From contig JAUXWM010000086.1 in the NCBI GenBank assembly GCA_030681375.1, forward strand, positions 526 to 64,525: a stretch of DNA of 64,000 bases, given 5' to 3'. The DNA comes from Gallionella sp. Its GTDB lineage: Bacteria; Pseudomonadota; Gammaproteobacteria; Burkholderiales; Gallionellaceae. Shown here one piece after another: positions 19,401-29,586 of the stretch; the first letter of the stretch is position 1; every line of letters starts with the position of its first letter. The notes below the pieces were generated by a model that saw only the letters and a program-made list of their open reading frames with translations, was not told the origin of the DNA and did no database searches. Position numbers and translations under genes: made by a program.

Positions 19401-20834
19401 TTACTTCTTCGCCCGTGCACCCAGCATTTCGTGCAATTCACGCAGGTCGGACTCCACTGTGGACAGCTGGTAGAAACTCCCTCCAGCCTGTTTCGCCAGT
19501 TCGAGTTGTTCGATGGCGGCAAACAGATTTCCCTGCCAGGCGTAGCTGTAAGCTTGTGCCTGATGCTGCTCGAACGATTTGTTCAGCTGGTTATAGCTGC
19601 GGGCTTGCAGGTTGTAGAGCGTGGTGTCGGCCGGGTGGCGCACGACTTGTTCAGCGAGCAGTTTGACGGCGATTTCAGCCTGTTTGCTTTGCAGCAGCAG
19701 ATCGACGTAATCGTATATCAGGGCGCGATGCCGGGGGAAATTCCGCACCGCAGTACGATAATAATCCAGCGTATCGCTCGCCTTCGTGGCGCGCTTTACC
19801 TGGCCGCTAAGGGTGGCCAGCATGGCGTTGTTTTGTGACTGCGGACTGGCGTGCGCCTGCGTGCGCAGTATCTCCAGTTCCTGAGAGGCACGTTCGACTT
19901 CGTTGTTGCGCAGCAGCGCGTTTACCAGACCATAGCGCTGGGCAATCGGATTGCCATGTTTGTGTGTCGTCAGCGCGTCGTTGAAGTAGCTGATGGCATC
20001 AACCGTCGTTTTTTGTGCACCGATGAGTTTGCTGCGTACCAGCTGGAAGTCGAGGCTGTCAGGCATCAGGCGGTAAGGCTGCTTGTTGACCCGGTTCTCG
20101 ATGTCAGCGATACGGTCGCTGGTGATCGGATGGGTGCGCAGATAATTGGGTGCATTGCCCTCGAGCAAGCGGGTCGCGCGTTGTAAGCGTTCCAGGAATT
20201 CCGGCATGGCATGGGCGTTGAAATCGGCCTTTTGCAAAATGTCCAGGCCGATGCGGTCTGCTTCCTGCTCATGGATGCGGGTGAAATCAAGCTGCTTCTG
20301 CACGGCGCGCGCTTGTACGCTGGCGAGGGCAGCCTGAGAGGCCTGCGAATTGCTGCGCGCGGCGAGTATCGCAACGGCAATGGCGGCCATGGAAGCCAGG
20401 GTGTCGCCTTTCTGCGAGGCAACCATGCGCGCCAGATGGTGCTGGGTAACGTGGGCAATTTCATGACTTAACACAGAGGCCAGTTCGGATTCGCTTTGTG
20501 TGGTGAGTAACAGACCTGCATTGACGCCGATAAAACCACCCGGCAAGGCGAAAGCGTTGACGCCGAAATCATTTAGTGCGAAAAATTCGAATTCGAGCGA
20601 GGGCTCGCTACTGTATCCGACCAGCCTGTAGCCCAGTTGATTAAGGTAATCGCTGATTTCCGCATCATCGAGCAATTGGCGGGTATAACGAATCTCCAAC
20701 ATGCTCTGCTGTCCGATCTGGCGCTCCTGAATCGGCGTGAGCACGGTTTGCGACACATCCCCCAAGTCAGGCAAACCGTCGCCGAAGGCGAAGGACGAAA
20801 AGCTCAGTAGTAATATCAGGGTAAGTTTTCTCAT
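19401..20834 (-). CDS. bepA: M48 family periplasmic metalloprotease with TPRs (BepA/YfgC)
   Basis: Signal peptide, LPDLG, NAFALPGG, HEIAH zinc motif, EQEADRIG, THP. Confidence 0.92.
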   Translation of the reverse strand: MRKLTLILLLSFSSFAFGDGLPDLGDVSQTVLTPIQERQIGQQSMLEIRYTRQLLDDAEISDYLNQLGYRLVGYSSEPSLEFEFFALNDFGVNAFALPGGFIGVNAGLLLTTQSESELASVLSHEIAHVTQHHLARMVASQKGDTLASMAAIAVAILAARSNSQASQAALASVQARAVQKQLDFTRIHEQEADRIGLDILQKADFNAHAMPEFLERLQRATRLLEGNAPNYLRTHPITSDRIADIENRVNKQPYRLMPDSLDFQLVRSKLIGAQKTTVDAISYFNDALTTHKHGNPIAQRYGLVNALLRNNEVERASQELEILRTQAHASPQSQNNAMLATLSGQVKRATKASDTLDYYRTAVRNFPRHRALIYDYVDLLLQSKQAEIAVKLLAEQVVRHPADTTLYNLQARSYNQLNKSFEQHQAQAYSYAWQGNLFAAIEQLELAKQAGGSFYQLSTVESDLRELHEMLGARAKK

Positions 20835-20994
20835 GGGCGGTATGATAAACGCTTTTTGAAAAGCGGGTAGCGAGTAGCAAGCACATCTTTTGGTTAACTG
20901 CTACAGGCTACAAGCTCATCTCTCTGGACTTTGTCCGGGAAAGTGCGCAGAATTCGCCCCCGGTAAATTGAACGCAGTTAAAAAGGAAGAAGAC

Positions 20995-21309
20995 GTGACA
21001 GGTTTCAAGAATATAACGGTCGACGAATTGGCGACGAGGTTGCAGCAGGATGATTTAAAGCTGATTGATGTGCGCACGGATGCAGAAGTGCTGCGCGGGA
21101 AAATCCCGCAGGGCGAATCGTTGCCGCTGCATTTGTTGCCATTGCGCCTGCATGAACTTGAGAAGACGGCGACGATTGTTTTTTATTGCCAGATGGGCGG
21201 GCGCTCCGGGCAGGCTGCGGCGTTTGCTGCTGCGAATGGTTATTCTGATGTGCACAACCTGCAAGGCGGGATTGCCGCCTGGGCAGGTGCAGGCTTGCCT
21301 CTCGCATGA
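20995..21309 (+). CDS. Single-domain rhodanese
   Basis: LIDVRTDAE, FYCQMGGRS active-site loop, NLQGGIAAW. AAGGAAG precedes GTG 20995. Confidence 0.9.
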   Translation: MTGFKNITVDELATRLQQDDLKLIDVRTDAEVLRGKIPQGESLPLHLLPLRLHELEKTATIVFYCQMGGRSGQAAAFAAANGYSDVHNLQGGIAAWAGAGLPLA

Positions 21310-21563
21310 GTGCGGACACAGAGCTATGTTCCGGGCAGCCGTTTGATGTCGAATTGGACGTGCGCCAACTGGCGTGTCCGCTGCCCATATTGCGCACCAA
21401 AAAATCCCTGTCCGCGATGAGCAGCGGGGCTGTGTTGCATATCATCGCCACCGACCCGGGGTCCATCAAGGATTTTGAGATGTTTTGCCGTCAAACCGGC
21501 AATGAGTTGCTCTCATCGAGCGAACAACACGGCGAATTCATGTTTCTGATTCGCCGCCGCTAA
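21306..21563 (+). CDS. tusA: TusA/SirA family sulfur carrier
   Basis: LDVRQLACPLPILRTKKSL (CPxP), ATDPGS. Confidence 0.9.
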   Translation: MSADTELCSGQPFDVELDVRQLACPLPILRTKKSLSAMSSGAVLHIIATDPGSIKDFEMFCRQTGNELLSSSEQHGEFMFLIRRR

Positions 21564-21571
21564 CCCAATCA

Positions 21572-21598
21572 GCGTGGGCAGAAATCTGCCCACCCTAC
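21572..21598 (-). repeat. Single GTAG-tagged REP
   Basis: gcgtgggcagaaatctgcccaccctac, the same family as 13682-13767. Confidence 0.85.
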
Positions 21599-21604
21599 GC
21601 TTGG

Positions 21605-21683
21605 ATTTGGAGTGCGCAACCTCGGTTGCGCGGTGTCATGCCGGTGCCGGAACAAAAGTTCTTCGTGCCACCGCACTCCAAAT
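21605..21683. repeat. Palindromic element with 12-bp terminal inverted repeats
   Basis: atttggagtgcg ... cgcactccaaat, with an internal hairpin gcgcaacc-tc-ggttgcgc, in the convergent gap between tusA and valS. Confidence 0.7.
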
Positions 21684-21687
21684 TGTG

Positions 21688-24543
21688 TTATCCCAATTTG
21701 ACGCGTTGCGCCTGTAGTTGTTCCAGTGTCGCAGCAAAGTCGGCCATGCGTTTTTTCTCTTGTTCCACTACCGCAGCTGGCGCTCTTGCCACGAAACTTT
21801 CGTTGCCCAGTTTGCCTTGTGTCTTGGCCACTTCGCCCTGCAACCGGGTTATTTCCTTATCCAGTCGTTCGCGTTCGGCGACGACGTCAATCTCGACTTT
21901 CAGCATCAGCTTGAATGCGCCGACGAGGGCAACTGCCGCCTCGCCTTCCGGCAGTTCGGCGACAACCTGTACTTCGCTCAGCTTGCCCATGCTGCTGATG
22001 TAAGGTGCGAGTGCGTTGAGTGTCGCGGCATCGCCTGCGGCAATCAGTGGCACGCGTTGTGCGGGCGACAGATTCATTTCGCTGCGCAAACGACGACAGG
22101 CGTTGATCATTTCCTGCAATAGCGCGATCTGTTGCATCGCATCGCCGTCTATTTTGCCCGTATCGGCTTTGGGATAGGCTTGCAGCATGATGGAAGCTTC
22201 TACACCCGCCCTATCCTGTTCAGGAGAGGGAGCCTTGCCGGCTAGCGGCGCAACCGATTGCCACAATTCTTCGGTGATGAACGGAATAATCGGGTGCGCC
22301 ATGCGCAGCATGGTTTCCAGTACGCGCACCAGAGTGCGACGCGTCGCGCGCTGCTGTGCTTCTGCATTCTCAATCCTCAATCCTCGATCCTGAAGCTGCA
22401 CCTTGGCCAGTTCCACATACCAGTCGCAATAGGTATTCCATACCAGTTCGTACACTGTGCGCGCGGCCATGTCGAAACGATAATCGGCAAAATGTTGCGC
22501 CATTTCCAGTTCCGCCTGTTGCAGCAGGCTGATCATCCAGCGGTCGGCGGCGGAATATTCTAGCGGCAGCGTTTCATCGAGCCCAGTGTCATGACCATCG
22601 CAATTCATCAGCACGAAGCGCGTGGCATTCCACAGCTTGTTGCAGAAATTACGATAGCCTTCACAGCGCTGCATGTCGAATTTGATGTCGCGTCCCGGAG
22701 AGGCCAGCGAAGCGAAGGTAAAGCGCAACGCATCGGTGCCGAAGGCGGGGATACCCTCGGGGAACTCCTTGCGGGTGTGCTTCTCGATTTGTGCGGCCTG
22801 TTTCGGATTCATCAGGCCGGTGGTGCGCTTCTGCACCAGTTCGTCGAGCGCGATGCCGTCGATCAGATCGATGGGGTCGAGCACGTTGCCCTTGGACTTG
22901 GACATCTTCTGTCCTTCCGAATCACGGATCAGACCATGCACATACACATCCTTGAACGGAATCTTGCCGGTGAGGTGGCGGGTCATCATCACCATGCGCG
23001 CGACCCAGAAGAAAATGATGTCGAAGCCAGTGACCAGCACCGTGGAGGGCAGGTATTGCTGAACGAAGGCATTCTGCTCTTCGAATGATTTTCCTTCCTG
23101 CCAGTCAAGTGTGGAAAACGGCCACAGTGCGGAGGAAAACCAGGTGTCGAGCACGTCGTTGTCGCGGTCGAGTTGACCGGCGTAGCCGACTTTGTCAGCC
23201 TGACGGCGCGCCTCGGCTTCATCATGCGCGACAAACACTTCGCCGTTCACGCCATACCATGCCGGTATCTGATGACCCCACCACAGCTGGCGCGAGATGC
23301 ACCAGTCCTGGATGTTGTTCAGCCACTGGTTGTAAGTGTTGACCCAGTTTTCGGGGTGGAACTTGATTTCGCCGGAGCTTACGCATTCCAGTGCCTGCTC
23401 GGTAATGCTCTTGCCTTCGGGACCGGCCTTGCTCATCGCGACAAACCACTGGTCGGTGAGCATAGGTTCGATCACCACACCGGTACGGTCGCCGCGCGGC
23501 ACTTTGAGTTTGTGCTTCTCGGCCTTGTCGAACACACCTGCCGTTTCGAGGTCGGCGACGATCTGCTTACGGGCATCGAAGCGATCCATGCCGCGATATT
23601 TTTCTGGCGCCTCATCGTTGATTCTGGCATCCAGCGTAAGGATGCAAATCATGGCCAGCTTGTGACGCTGTCCTACCGCATAGTCGTTGAAATCATGCGC
23701 AGGCGTGACTTTCACTACGCCGGTGCCGAATTCGCGGTCCACATAGTCGTCGGCGATGATAGGGATGTCACGGTCGCACAAAGGAAGTCTGACGGTCTTG
23801 CCGATCAGATGCGCATAGCGCTCGTCTTCCGGATGCACCATCACCGCGACGTCACCCAGCAGGGTCTCGGGGCGGGTGGTGGCCACGGTCAGATGCGTCA
23901 GGCCATGTGCGGTGTCGGGCGCGGCCAGCGGGTAACGGATGTGATACATGAAACCGTCTTCTTCTTCCTGCACCACTTCCAGGTCGGACACGGCGGTGTG
24001 CAGCTTGGGGTCCCAGTTCACCAGACGTTTGCCGCGATAGATCAGGCCTTCGTTGAACAGGCGTACGAAAGTCTCGGTGACGGTCTTGTTCAGCGCGGGA
24101 TCCATGGTAAAGCGTTCGCGCGACCAATCCGGCGAGGTACCCAGACGACGCATCTGGCGTGTGATGGTGTCGCCGGAGATTTTTTTCCACTCCCAGACTT
24201 TTTCGATGAATGCCTCGCGTCCCAGGTCGTGACGACTGATGCCCTGGGCATCAAGCTGGCGCTCGACCACGATTTGCGTGGCAATGCCCGCGTGATCCGT
24301 GCCCGGTTGCCACAGGGTATTGTCGCCGCGCATACGGTGATAGCGGGTGAGCGTGTCCATCAGCGTCTGGTTGAAGCCATGACCCATATGCAGCGTGCCG
24401 GTTACGTTCGGCGGCGGCAGCTGGATACAAAAGGATGCGGTCTTGGCCGGATCGAGTCCTGCCTTGAAGTAGCCTGATTCCTCCCACTTGGGATACCAGC
24501 GCGATTCGATTTCTTTGGGTTCAAAACTTTTGGTCAGTTCCAT
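21688..24543 (-). CDS. valS: Valine--tRNA ligase
   Basis: [13 protein letters not shown] (HIGH), [18 protein letters not shown]-terminal coiled coil. Confidence 0.99.
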   Translation of the reverse strand: MELTKSFEPKEIESRWYPKWEESGYFKAGLDPAKTASFCIQLPPPNVTGTLHMGHGFNQTLMDTLTRYHRMRGDNTLWQPGTDHAGIATQIVVERQLDAQGISRHDLGREAFIEKVWEWKKISGDTITRQMRRLGTSPDWSRERFTMDPALNKTVTETFVRLFNEGLIYRGKRLVNWDPKLHTAVSDLEVVQEEEDGFMYHIRYPLAAPDTAHGLTHLTVATTRPETLLGDVAVMVHPEDERYAHLIGKTVRLPLCDRDIPIIADDYVDREFGTGVVKVTPAHDFNDYAVGQRHKLAMICILTLDARINDEAPEKYRGMDRFDARKQIVADLETAGVFDKAEKHKLKVPRGDRTGVVIEPMLTDQWFVAMSKAGPEGKSITEQALECVSSGEIKFHPENWVNTYNQWLNNIQDWCISRQLWWGHQIPAWYGVNGEVFVAHDEAEARRQADKVGYAGQLDRDNDVLDTWFSSALWPFSTLDWQEGKSFEEQNAFVQQYLPSTVLVTGFDIIFFWVARMVMMTRHLTGKIPFKDVYVHGLIRDSEGQKMSKSKGNVLDPIDLIDGIALDELVQKRTTGLMNPKQAAQIEKHTRKEFPEGIPAFGTDALRFTFASLASPGRDIKFDMQRCEGYRNFCNKLWNATRFVLMNCDGHDTGLDETLPLEYSAADRWMISLLQQAELEMAQHFADYRFDMAARTVYELVWNTYCDWYVELAKVQLQDRGLRIENAEAQQRATRRTLVRVLETMLRMAHPIIPFITEELWQSVAPLAGKAPSPEQDRAGVEASIMLQAYPKADTGKIDGDAMQQIALLQEMINACRRLRSEMNLSPAQRVPLIAAGDAATLNALAPYISSMGKLSEVQVVAELPEGEAAVALVGAFKLMLKVEIDVVAERERLDKEITRLQGEVAKTQGKLGNESFVARAPAAVVEQEKKRMADFAATLEQLQAQRVKLG
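22198..22232 (-). repeat. Degenerate CCCTCTCCC/GGGAGAGGG-type element in frame within valS
   Basis: The coding strand reads ctccctctcctgaacaggatagggcgggtgtag (within [12 protein letters not shown]); hairpin at 22209-22230. Confidence 0.55.
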
Positions 24544-24600
24544 GGCAATACCTTGATGGCGAACGGGTCGGGCTTTTATGAAGGGGGCGATTATACAACC

Positions 24601-24682
24601 AGACGTTAGTCGTTAGTCGCTAGTCGCTAGTCGCTAGTCGCCGTGTTTTTAACTAGTGACCAGCGTCTAGCGACTAACGTCT
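24601..24682. repeat. Inverted heptamer arrays (TAGTCGC type)
   Basis: agacgttagtcgttagtcgctagtcgctagtcgctagtcg ... ctagcgactaacgtct; perfect 12-bp outer inverted repeat. Confidence 0.88.
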
Positions 24683-25038
24683 GTATTTGTCAGCGCATCA
24701 CGCAGCAATTGGGGTAGTTCGGCTTTGAGTTCGCTGATCGCCAGATCAACGGCGAGTTTTTGCAGTTGCTCGATGTGTCTGTTTAGTTTGCCGGTAAATA
24801 CGGTTTCCAGATGCGTTTCAAGTTGCTGCAACAGATACTGCATCTCTTCGGCGCTCAAGGTGCGTGGCAGCACGGCTGCGCTGGCGGTTGGCTGATCGGC
24901 TATGGAATGAGGTTCGCCGGTCTGTGTCTCTTCGGCAACGACCTCGGTGAGTATCGGCAAGTCGTTAAAATCAGGATGGTTGACCACCTCGGTCAGCAAA
25001 GGCAAGTCATCGCTAGAATAAATGTTCTGCGGTGTCAT
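24667..25038 (-). CDS. Hypothetical protein (duplicated DLP(L/I)LTEVV motif, acidic linker, helical C-terminus)
   Basis: ATG overlaps the holC stop; sits in the operon position between holC and valS. Confidence 0.75.
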   Translation of the reverse strand: MTPQNIYSSDDLPLLTEVVNHPDFNDLPILTEVVAEETQTGEPHSIADQPTASAAVLPRTLSAEEMQYLLQQLETHLETVFTGKLNRHIEQLQKLAVDLAISELKAELPQLLRDALTNTDVSR

Positions 25039-25466
25039 GGCTCATTGGCCTTGTTCAGGTCGAAATGGCGCAGTTCGTAGCCGCGATCCCGGTAAAACGC
25101 GTAGCGCTCACGCCCCAGGCGGCTTTCTTCCTCGCTCATGCCGACGATTTCGATGACGCGATCAAAGCGGCTGAAAAAGGGCATGCACTCGCCATGCAGG
25201 CTGATCAACAAGTCGTGGTGCGGAAATTTATCGTTGTCGTGGCTCAGAACAACCGGTGTCTGTGCTGCCTGTTCCGCGTCGCTGCGGCAATGCGGGATGA
25301 AGGCGGTGTCAGGGTAATGCCACAACAACCGATCCAGCGCATCGCAACTCGCAGCATCGGGCAGGCTGATGATGGTGTGCAGGCCGTTTTGCATGGCTTT
25401 ATGGCTCAACTGACAAGCGGTGCGCAGCTTGTCGGGAGAGCCTGTATAAAAATCTACTCTGGTCAT
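25035..25466 (-). CDS. holC: DNA polymerase III chi subunit
   Basis: MTRVDFY...LDRLLW...FIPH...RERYAFYRDRGY. ATG at 25466 overlaps the pepA stop. Confidence 0.93.
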   Translation of the reverse strand: MTRVDFYTGSPDKLRTACQLSHKAMQNGLHTIISLPDAASCDALDRLLWHYPDTAFIPHCRSDAEQAAQTPVVLSHDNDKFPHHDLLISLHGECMPFFSRFDRVIEIVGMSEEESRLGRERYAFYRDRGYELRHFDLNKANEP

Positions 25467-26956
25467 TATTTTGCGGCTTGAGCCCGCTGGATCAAATAGC
25501 GCGTGAGCAGTGGTACCGGACGCCCGGTCGAACCCTTGTCCTTGCCGGATTTCCAGGCCGTACCCGCGATATCCAGATGCGCCCAGCGGTAATTCTTGGT
25601 GAAGCGTGACAAAAAGCACGCGGCGGTAATGCTGCCCGCCTCGCGTCCACCGATGTTCTGCATGTCGGCAAAATTACTGTCCAGCTGTTGCTGGTAATCG
25701 TCCCATAGCGGCATGTGCCATGCGCGGTCATTTGAATATTCGCCTGCTTCAGCCAATTCGCGGGCTAGTTCATCCTGATTGCTGAACAGGCCGCTGGCGA
25801 CGCCGCCCAGCGCGATCACGCAGGCGCCGGTGAGGGTGGCGATATCTAACACAGTGTCCGGTTCAAATCGCGCGGCATAGGTCAGCGCATCGCACAGTAT
25901 CAAACGGCCTTCGGCATCGGTATTGAGGATTTCGATGGTCAGCCCGGCCATGCTTTTTACGATGTCGCCGGGCTTGCTGGCCGCACCATCCGGCATGTTT
26001 TCGCTGCTTGGAATGACGGCGACCACGTTGAGCTTCAGACCCATTTCGGCAATCGCCTGCATGGTGCCCAGCACACTGGCCGCGCCGCACATGTCGTACT
26101 TCATCTCGTCCATCGACGCGCCGGGTTTGAGCGAGACACCGCCGGAGTCAAAGGTGAGTCCCTTGCCAACCAGTACCACGGGTTTTTGTTTCTTGTCGCC
26201 GCCGTGATATTCCAGCGTAATCAGTTTGGCGGGTTGACGGCTGCCACGCGTGACGGACAGCAGCGAATGCATGCCCAATTTTTCCATATCCTTCTCTTCC
26301 AGGACGGTCACCTTGAACTTATAGGTTTCGGCCAGCTTGCGTGCCTGCTCCGCCAGATAAGTCGGGGTGCAGATGTTGCCGGGTAAATTACCCAAATCCT
26401 TGGTTAATTTCATGCCATGAGCCGTGGCGCTGGCTTGAAGTAGTGCGGTTTGAGCGGCATTCCCCGGCTTTTTGGTACAACCCAGCAGGACTTTACGCAA
26501 GCTCGGCTTATCGGCCGGTTTGCTCTTGAGCTGGTCGCAACGATACGCAGATTCGGCAGCGAGCAATACGATCTGGTTGATTTTCCATGCCTCATCGCGC
26601 TGCTGGACGGCAAGGTCGGTGAAATAGAGGGCTGCGTCTTTGCAGATGGTTTTTTGCAGTACAGCAAAGGTGGTGCGCAGTGTGTCGAGAAATTGTTTAG
26701 CGTTAAATTCTTCGGCTTTGCCCAGGCCTATTAGCAACACGCGTTCGGCGCTCACGCCGGACAGAGTATGAAGTAACACGGTGTTGCCTGTTTTTCCCGT
26801 CACATCGCCGCGCGTGACCAGCTTGCTTAACTGATGCCCGGCTGCCTGATCGAGAATTTGTGCGGCGGGAGATAGCTGGCCGCCCTCAAAAACGCCCAGA
26901 ACGATGCAGGCACTGCGCTGATTTTCCGGACTGCTTTGTTTTATGCTAAATTCCAC
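25466..26956 (-). CDS. pepA: Leucyl aminopeptidase
   Basis: LVGKGLTFDSGG, MKYDMCGAA, NTDAEGRL, HLDIAGTA. GAGGAG precedes GTG 26956. Confidence 0.97.
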   Translation of the reverse strand: MEFSIKQSSPENQRSACIVLGVFEGGQLSPAAQILDQAAGHQLSKLVTRGDVTGKTGNTVLLHTLSGVSAERVLLIGLGKAEEFNAKQFLDTLRTTFAVLQKTICKDAALYFTDLAVQQRDEAWKINQIVLLAAESAYRCDQLKSKPADKPSLRKVLLGCTKKPGNAAQTALLQASATAHGMKLTKDLGNLPGNICTPTYLAEQARKLAETYKFKVTVLEEKDMEKLGMHSLLSVTRGSRQPAKLITLEYHGGDKKQKPVVLVGKGLTFDSGGVSLKPGASMDEMKYDMCGAASVLGTMQAIAEMGLKLNVVAVIPSSENMPDGAASKPGDIVKSMAGLTIEILNTDAEGRLILCDALTYAARFEPDTVLDIATLTGACVIALGGVASGLFSNQDELARELAEAGEYSNDRAWHMPLWDDYQQQLDSNFADMQNIGGREAGSITAACFLSRFTKNYRWAHLDIAGTAWKSGKDKGSTGRPVPLLTRYLIQRAQAAK

Positions 26957-26986
26957 GCGTTGCTCCTCATTCAATTTTACGTTCCG

Positions 26987-28120
26987 ATGCCTGATTATCC
27001 GCAAACTTCCCGTGTAAAGTCAAAGTTGTTTCGCCGCGACCTCTTTCATCGTGCCCTGGTGCTTGAGTTTGCCGGCAATGGCTTGCTGGTATTTGCAACT
27101 TTGCTGGGCATTGTGGTGGTCAGCCAGCTGATTCGTTTTCTGGGTGCCGCAGTCAGCGGCAAGCTGGCCGCGGATGGCGTATTGGCACTGCTCGGTTTCA
27201 GTGCGTTGAATTATCTGCCGGTGCTGCTTTCGATCAGTCTGTTTATATCCATTTTGTTGACGCTGTCGCGCTGCTATCGCGACAGCGAAATGGTGGTGTG
27301 GTTCTGCGCCGGTATCGGTCTGACGCGCTGGATACGGCCGGTGTTATGGTATGCCATCCCCGTGGTGGTGTTGATTGCGCTGCTCAGTCTGGTGTTGTCA
27401 CCGTGGGCTTTGCAAAAAGCGGAGGCCTATAAAAATAAACTGGAAAGCCGTGATGAAGTTGCCATGGTGAAGCCCGGCGTGTTTCGCGAGTCGAATCAGG
27501 CGGACAGAGTGTATTTTGTCGAGGATGTCGATGTGAGCAGCAATCAGGTCGGTAATATTTTCGTGCGTTCTGTGCAAAATAAGCAACTGGGCACGATGGT
27601 GGCACGCCAGGGCTTTCAGGAAACGTTGCCGAACGGTGACCGTTTTTTGGTGCTGTTGAATGGTACGCGTTATGAGGGTACGCCGGGTCAGCGCGATTAT
27701 CGCATCGTGGAGTTTGAACGTTATGCGATGCGTATAGACAGCGTAGCGACCAAACAGGCGCAGCCGAATGCACGCACGATGACTACCCCGGAATTGTGGC
27801 GTAATCCTACGACCTGGAACCTGTCTGAACTGGAATGGCGTTTAGGGTTGCCGATAAGCGCGGCCGTGCTTTCATTGCTGGCCATTGCCTTGAGTTATGT
27901 TAATCCCCGTGCCGGACGTTCGTTGAACCTGATTATGGCTATCGTGCTGTACATGCTGTACAGCAACATGATTAGTGTGACCAACGCTTGGGTAGGTCAG
28001 GGCAAGCTGTCACCCGGTATCGGACTGTGGGGCATACATGTGTTGATGTTGCTGATCACCGCGTTGTTATTTTATTGGCGCATGTCGCTGTTTTCGCTGC
28101 GCAGGGTGCTCAGGAAATGA
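26987..28120 (+). CDS. lptF: LPS export ABC permease LptF
   Basis: YRDSEMVVW, PGVFRES, ELEWRL...NPRAGRS; paired with lptG and divergent from pepA. The start is uncertain (ATG 26987 or TTG 27026). Confidence 0.9.
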   Translation: MPDYPQTSRVKSKLFRRDLFHRALVLEFAGNGLLVFATLLGIVVVSQLIRFLGAAVSGKLAADGVLALLGFSALNYLPVLLSISLFISILLTLSRCYRDSEMVVWFCAGIGLTRWIRPVLWYAIPVVVLIALLSLVLSPWALQKAEAYKNKLESRDEVAMVKPGVFRESNQADRVYFVEDVDVSSNQVGNIFVRSVQNKQLGTMVARQGFQETLPNGDRFLVLLNGTRYEGTPGQRDYRIVEFERYAMRIDSVATKQAQPNARTMTTPELWRNPTTWNLSELEWRLGLPISAAVLSLLAIALSYVNPRAGRSLNLIMAIVLYMLYSNMISVTNAWVGQGKLSPGIGLWGIHVLMLLITALLFYWRMSLFSLRRVLRK

Positions 28121-29193
28121 ATTTATTGACTCGCTATTTGGCCAAGGAAATATACGCCAGTGTCGCACTGGTGTTTGCCGCGCTCATCATGTTGTTTGCT
28201 TTTCTTGATTTTATTCATGAGCTGAGCGTGATGGGTTATGGTCAATACAGCCTGGGCTACGTGTTGCTGTTCGTTGTACTGACGATGCCGGGGCATATCT
28301 ACGAGTTGTTTCCGGTGGCGGTGCTGGTGGGTACTATCGTTGCGCTGGTGCAAATGGCGGCACGTTCCGAGGTGACGATATATCGCGCTTCAGGGGCATC
28401 GACGGCGCAGATGCTGGTCGCGCTGGGAAAAATCGCGTTGCCCATGGTTATGCTCAGTTTTATCTGCGGTGAATTGCTGGCTCCGCCCAGCGAACGTATG
28501 GCGCAGAAATTGCGGCTTGAAGCGATGAATTCACAGGTTTCCTTGCAGGCTTTCCGCTCCGGCGTATGGGTTAAGGATGATCGTAGCTTCGTCAATGTCA
28601 GAAGCGTGATGCCTGATACCAGTTTGTCGGACATCACGATTTACAGTTTTGACGATGATTTTCATTTGCAGACGATTATCAGCGCCAAACAGGCAAGCTA
28701 TGTCAAGCCGGGAAACTGGCTGCTGGGGGAGGTGCTGGAGACGCGTTTTGACAAGCGCGGCGTAACGACCCGTGAGTTACAAAATCAGCCATGGAAATCC
28801 GCGCTGACGCCGGGGATACTGAGCGTGATGCTGGTGGTGCCTGAACAAATGTCTGCCATCGATTTGTATAAATACGCCACCCATCTGAAAGAAAATAAGC
28901 AGCAGAGTGCGCGTTACGAAATCGCAATGTGGAACAAGCTGGTTTACCCGTTTGCCTTGCTGGTGATGATGGTGCTGGCATTGCCGTTTGCGTCTTATCA
29001 GCGGCGCAAGGGTGGTATCAGTGTGATGATATTCATGGGCATTGTCCTAGGTCTGGTGTTCCACTTCGCCGGACGTTTGTTCGCCAGCCTGGGCGCACTT
29101 AATGGCTGGCAACCCGTGCTCAGTGCCACGGCAATGACAGGCCTGTTTTTGTTGTTGGGTGGCGTGATGCTGTGGTGGATAGAACGGCGCTGA
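28117..29193 (+). CDS. lptG: LPS export ABC permease LptG
   Basis: MNLLTRYLAKEI, SEVTIYRASG, WNKLVYP. ATGA overlap with lptF. Confidence 0.92.
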   Translation: MNLLTRYLAKEIYASVALVFAALIMLFAFLDFIHELSVMGYGQYSLGYVLLFVVLTMPGHIYELFPVAVLVGTIVALVQMAARSEVTIYRASGASTAQMLVALGKIALPMVMLSFICGELLAPPSERMAQKLRLEAMNSQVSLQAFRSGVWVKDDRSFVNVRSVMPDTSLSDITIYSFDDDFHLQTIISAKQASYVKPGNWLLGEVLETRFDKRGVTTRELQNQPWKSALTPGILSVMLVVPEQMSAIDLYKYATHLKENKQQSARYEIAMWNKLVYPFALLVMMVLALPFASYQRRKGGISVMIFMGIVLGLVFHFAGRLFASLGALNGWQPVLSATAMTGLFLLLGGVMLWWIERR

Positions 29194-29219
29194 GTGCGCT
29201 GTTGAAGACGGGAGACGGC

Positions 29220-29582
29220 TTATTTGGTTTTCTGGTCTTGGGAGATCATCTGTTTGACTTGCTCGCGCTTCTCTTCCGGCACCTTGCTAAAGGCGCGATA
29301 TTTGTCGCGCGCTGCCTGACGTTGTTCCGGAGTGAGTTTGGCCCATGTCGCTAATCGGCTCAGGAAACGCTGTTTTTCGCTCGGGTTAAGATCAGGATAA
29401 TGATGAGCGATGTCCAGAAAGTTGCGCTGCTGCGCTTCGGATAAGCTGCTCCATTGCGACTGCACCGGCGCAAGTGCTTCCTGTTCGGAAGAGGTGAGCT
29501 TGTGCCAGGGCTCCGGTGAGGCAGCGACCAAGGAGGCGTTGAGCGAGCAGCAGAATGCAAACGCGGCGATGAGTATTTTCAT
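29220..29582 (-). CDS. Exported helical-repeat protein (DUF3106-like)
   Basis: Signal peptide followed by W..L...Q repeats (PWHKLTSSEQ, QWSSLSEAQQ, TWAKLTPEQRQ). Confidence 0.75.
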   Translation of the reverse strand: MKILIAAFAFCCSLNASLVAASPEPWHKLTSSEQEALAPVQSQWSSLSEAQQRNFLDIAHHYPDLNPSEKQRFLSRLATWAKLTPEQRQAARDKYRAFSKVPEEKREQVKQMISQDQKTK

Positions 29583-29586
29583 GTGC

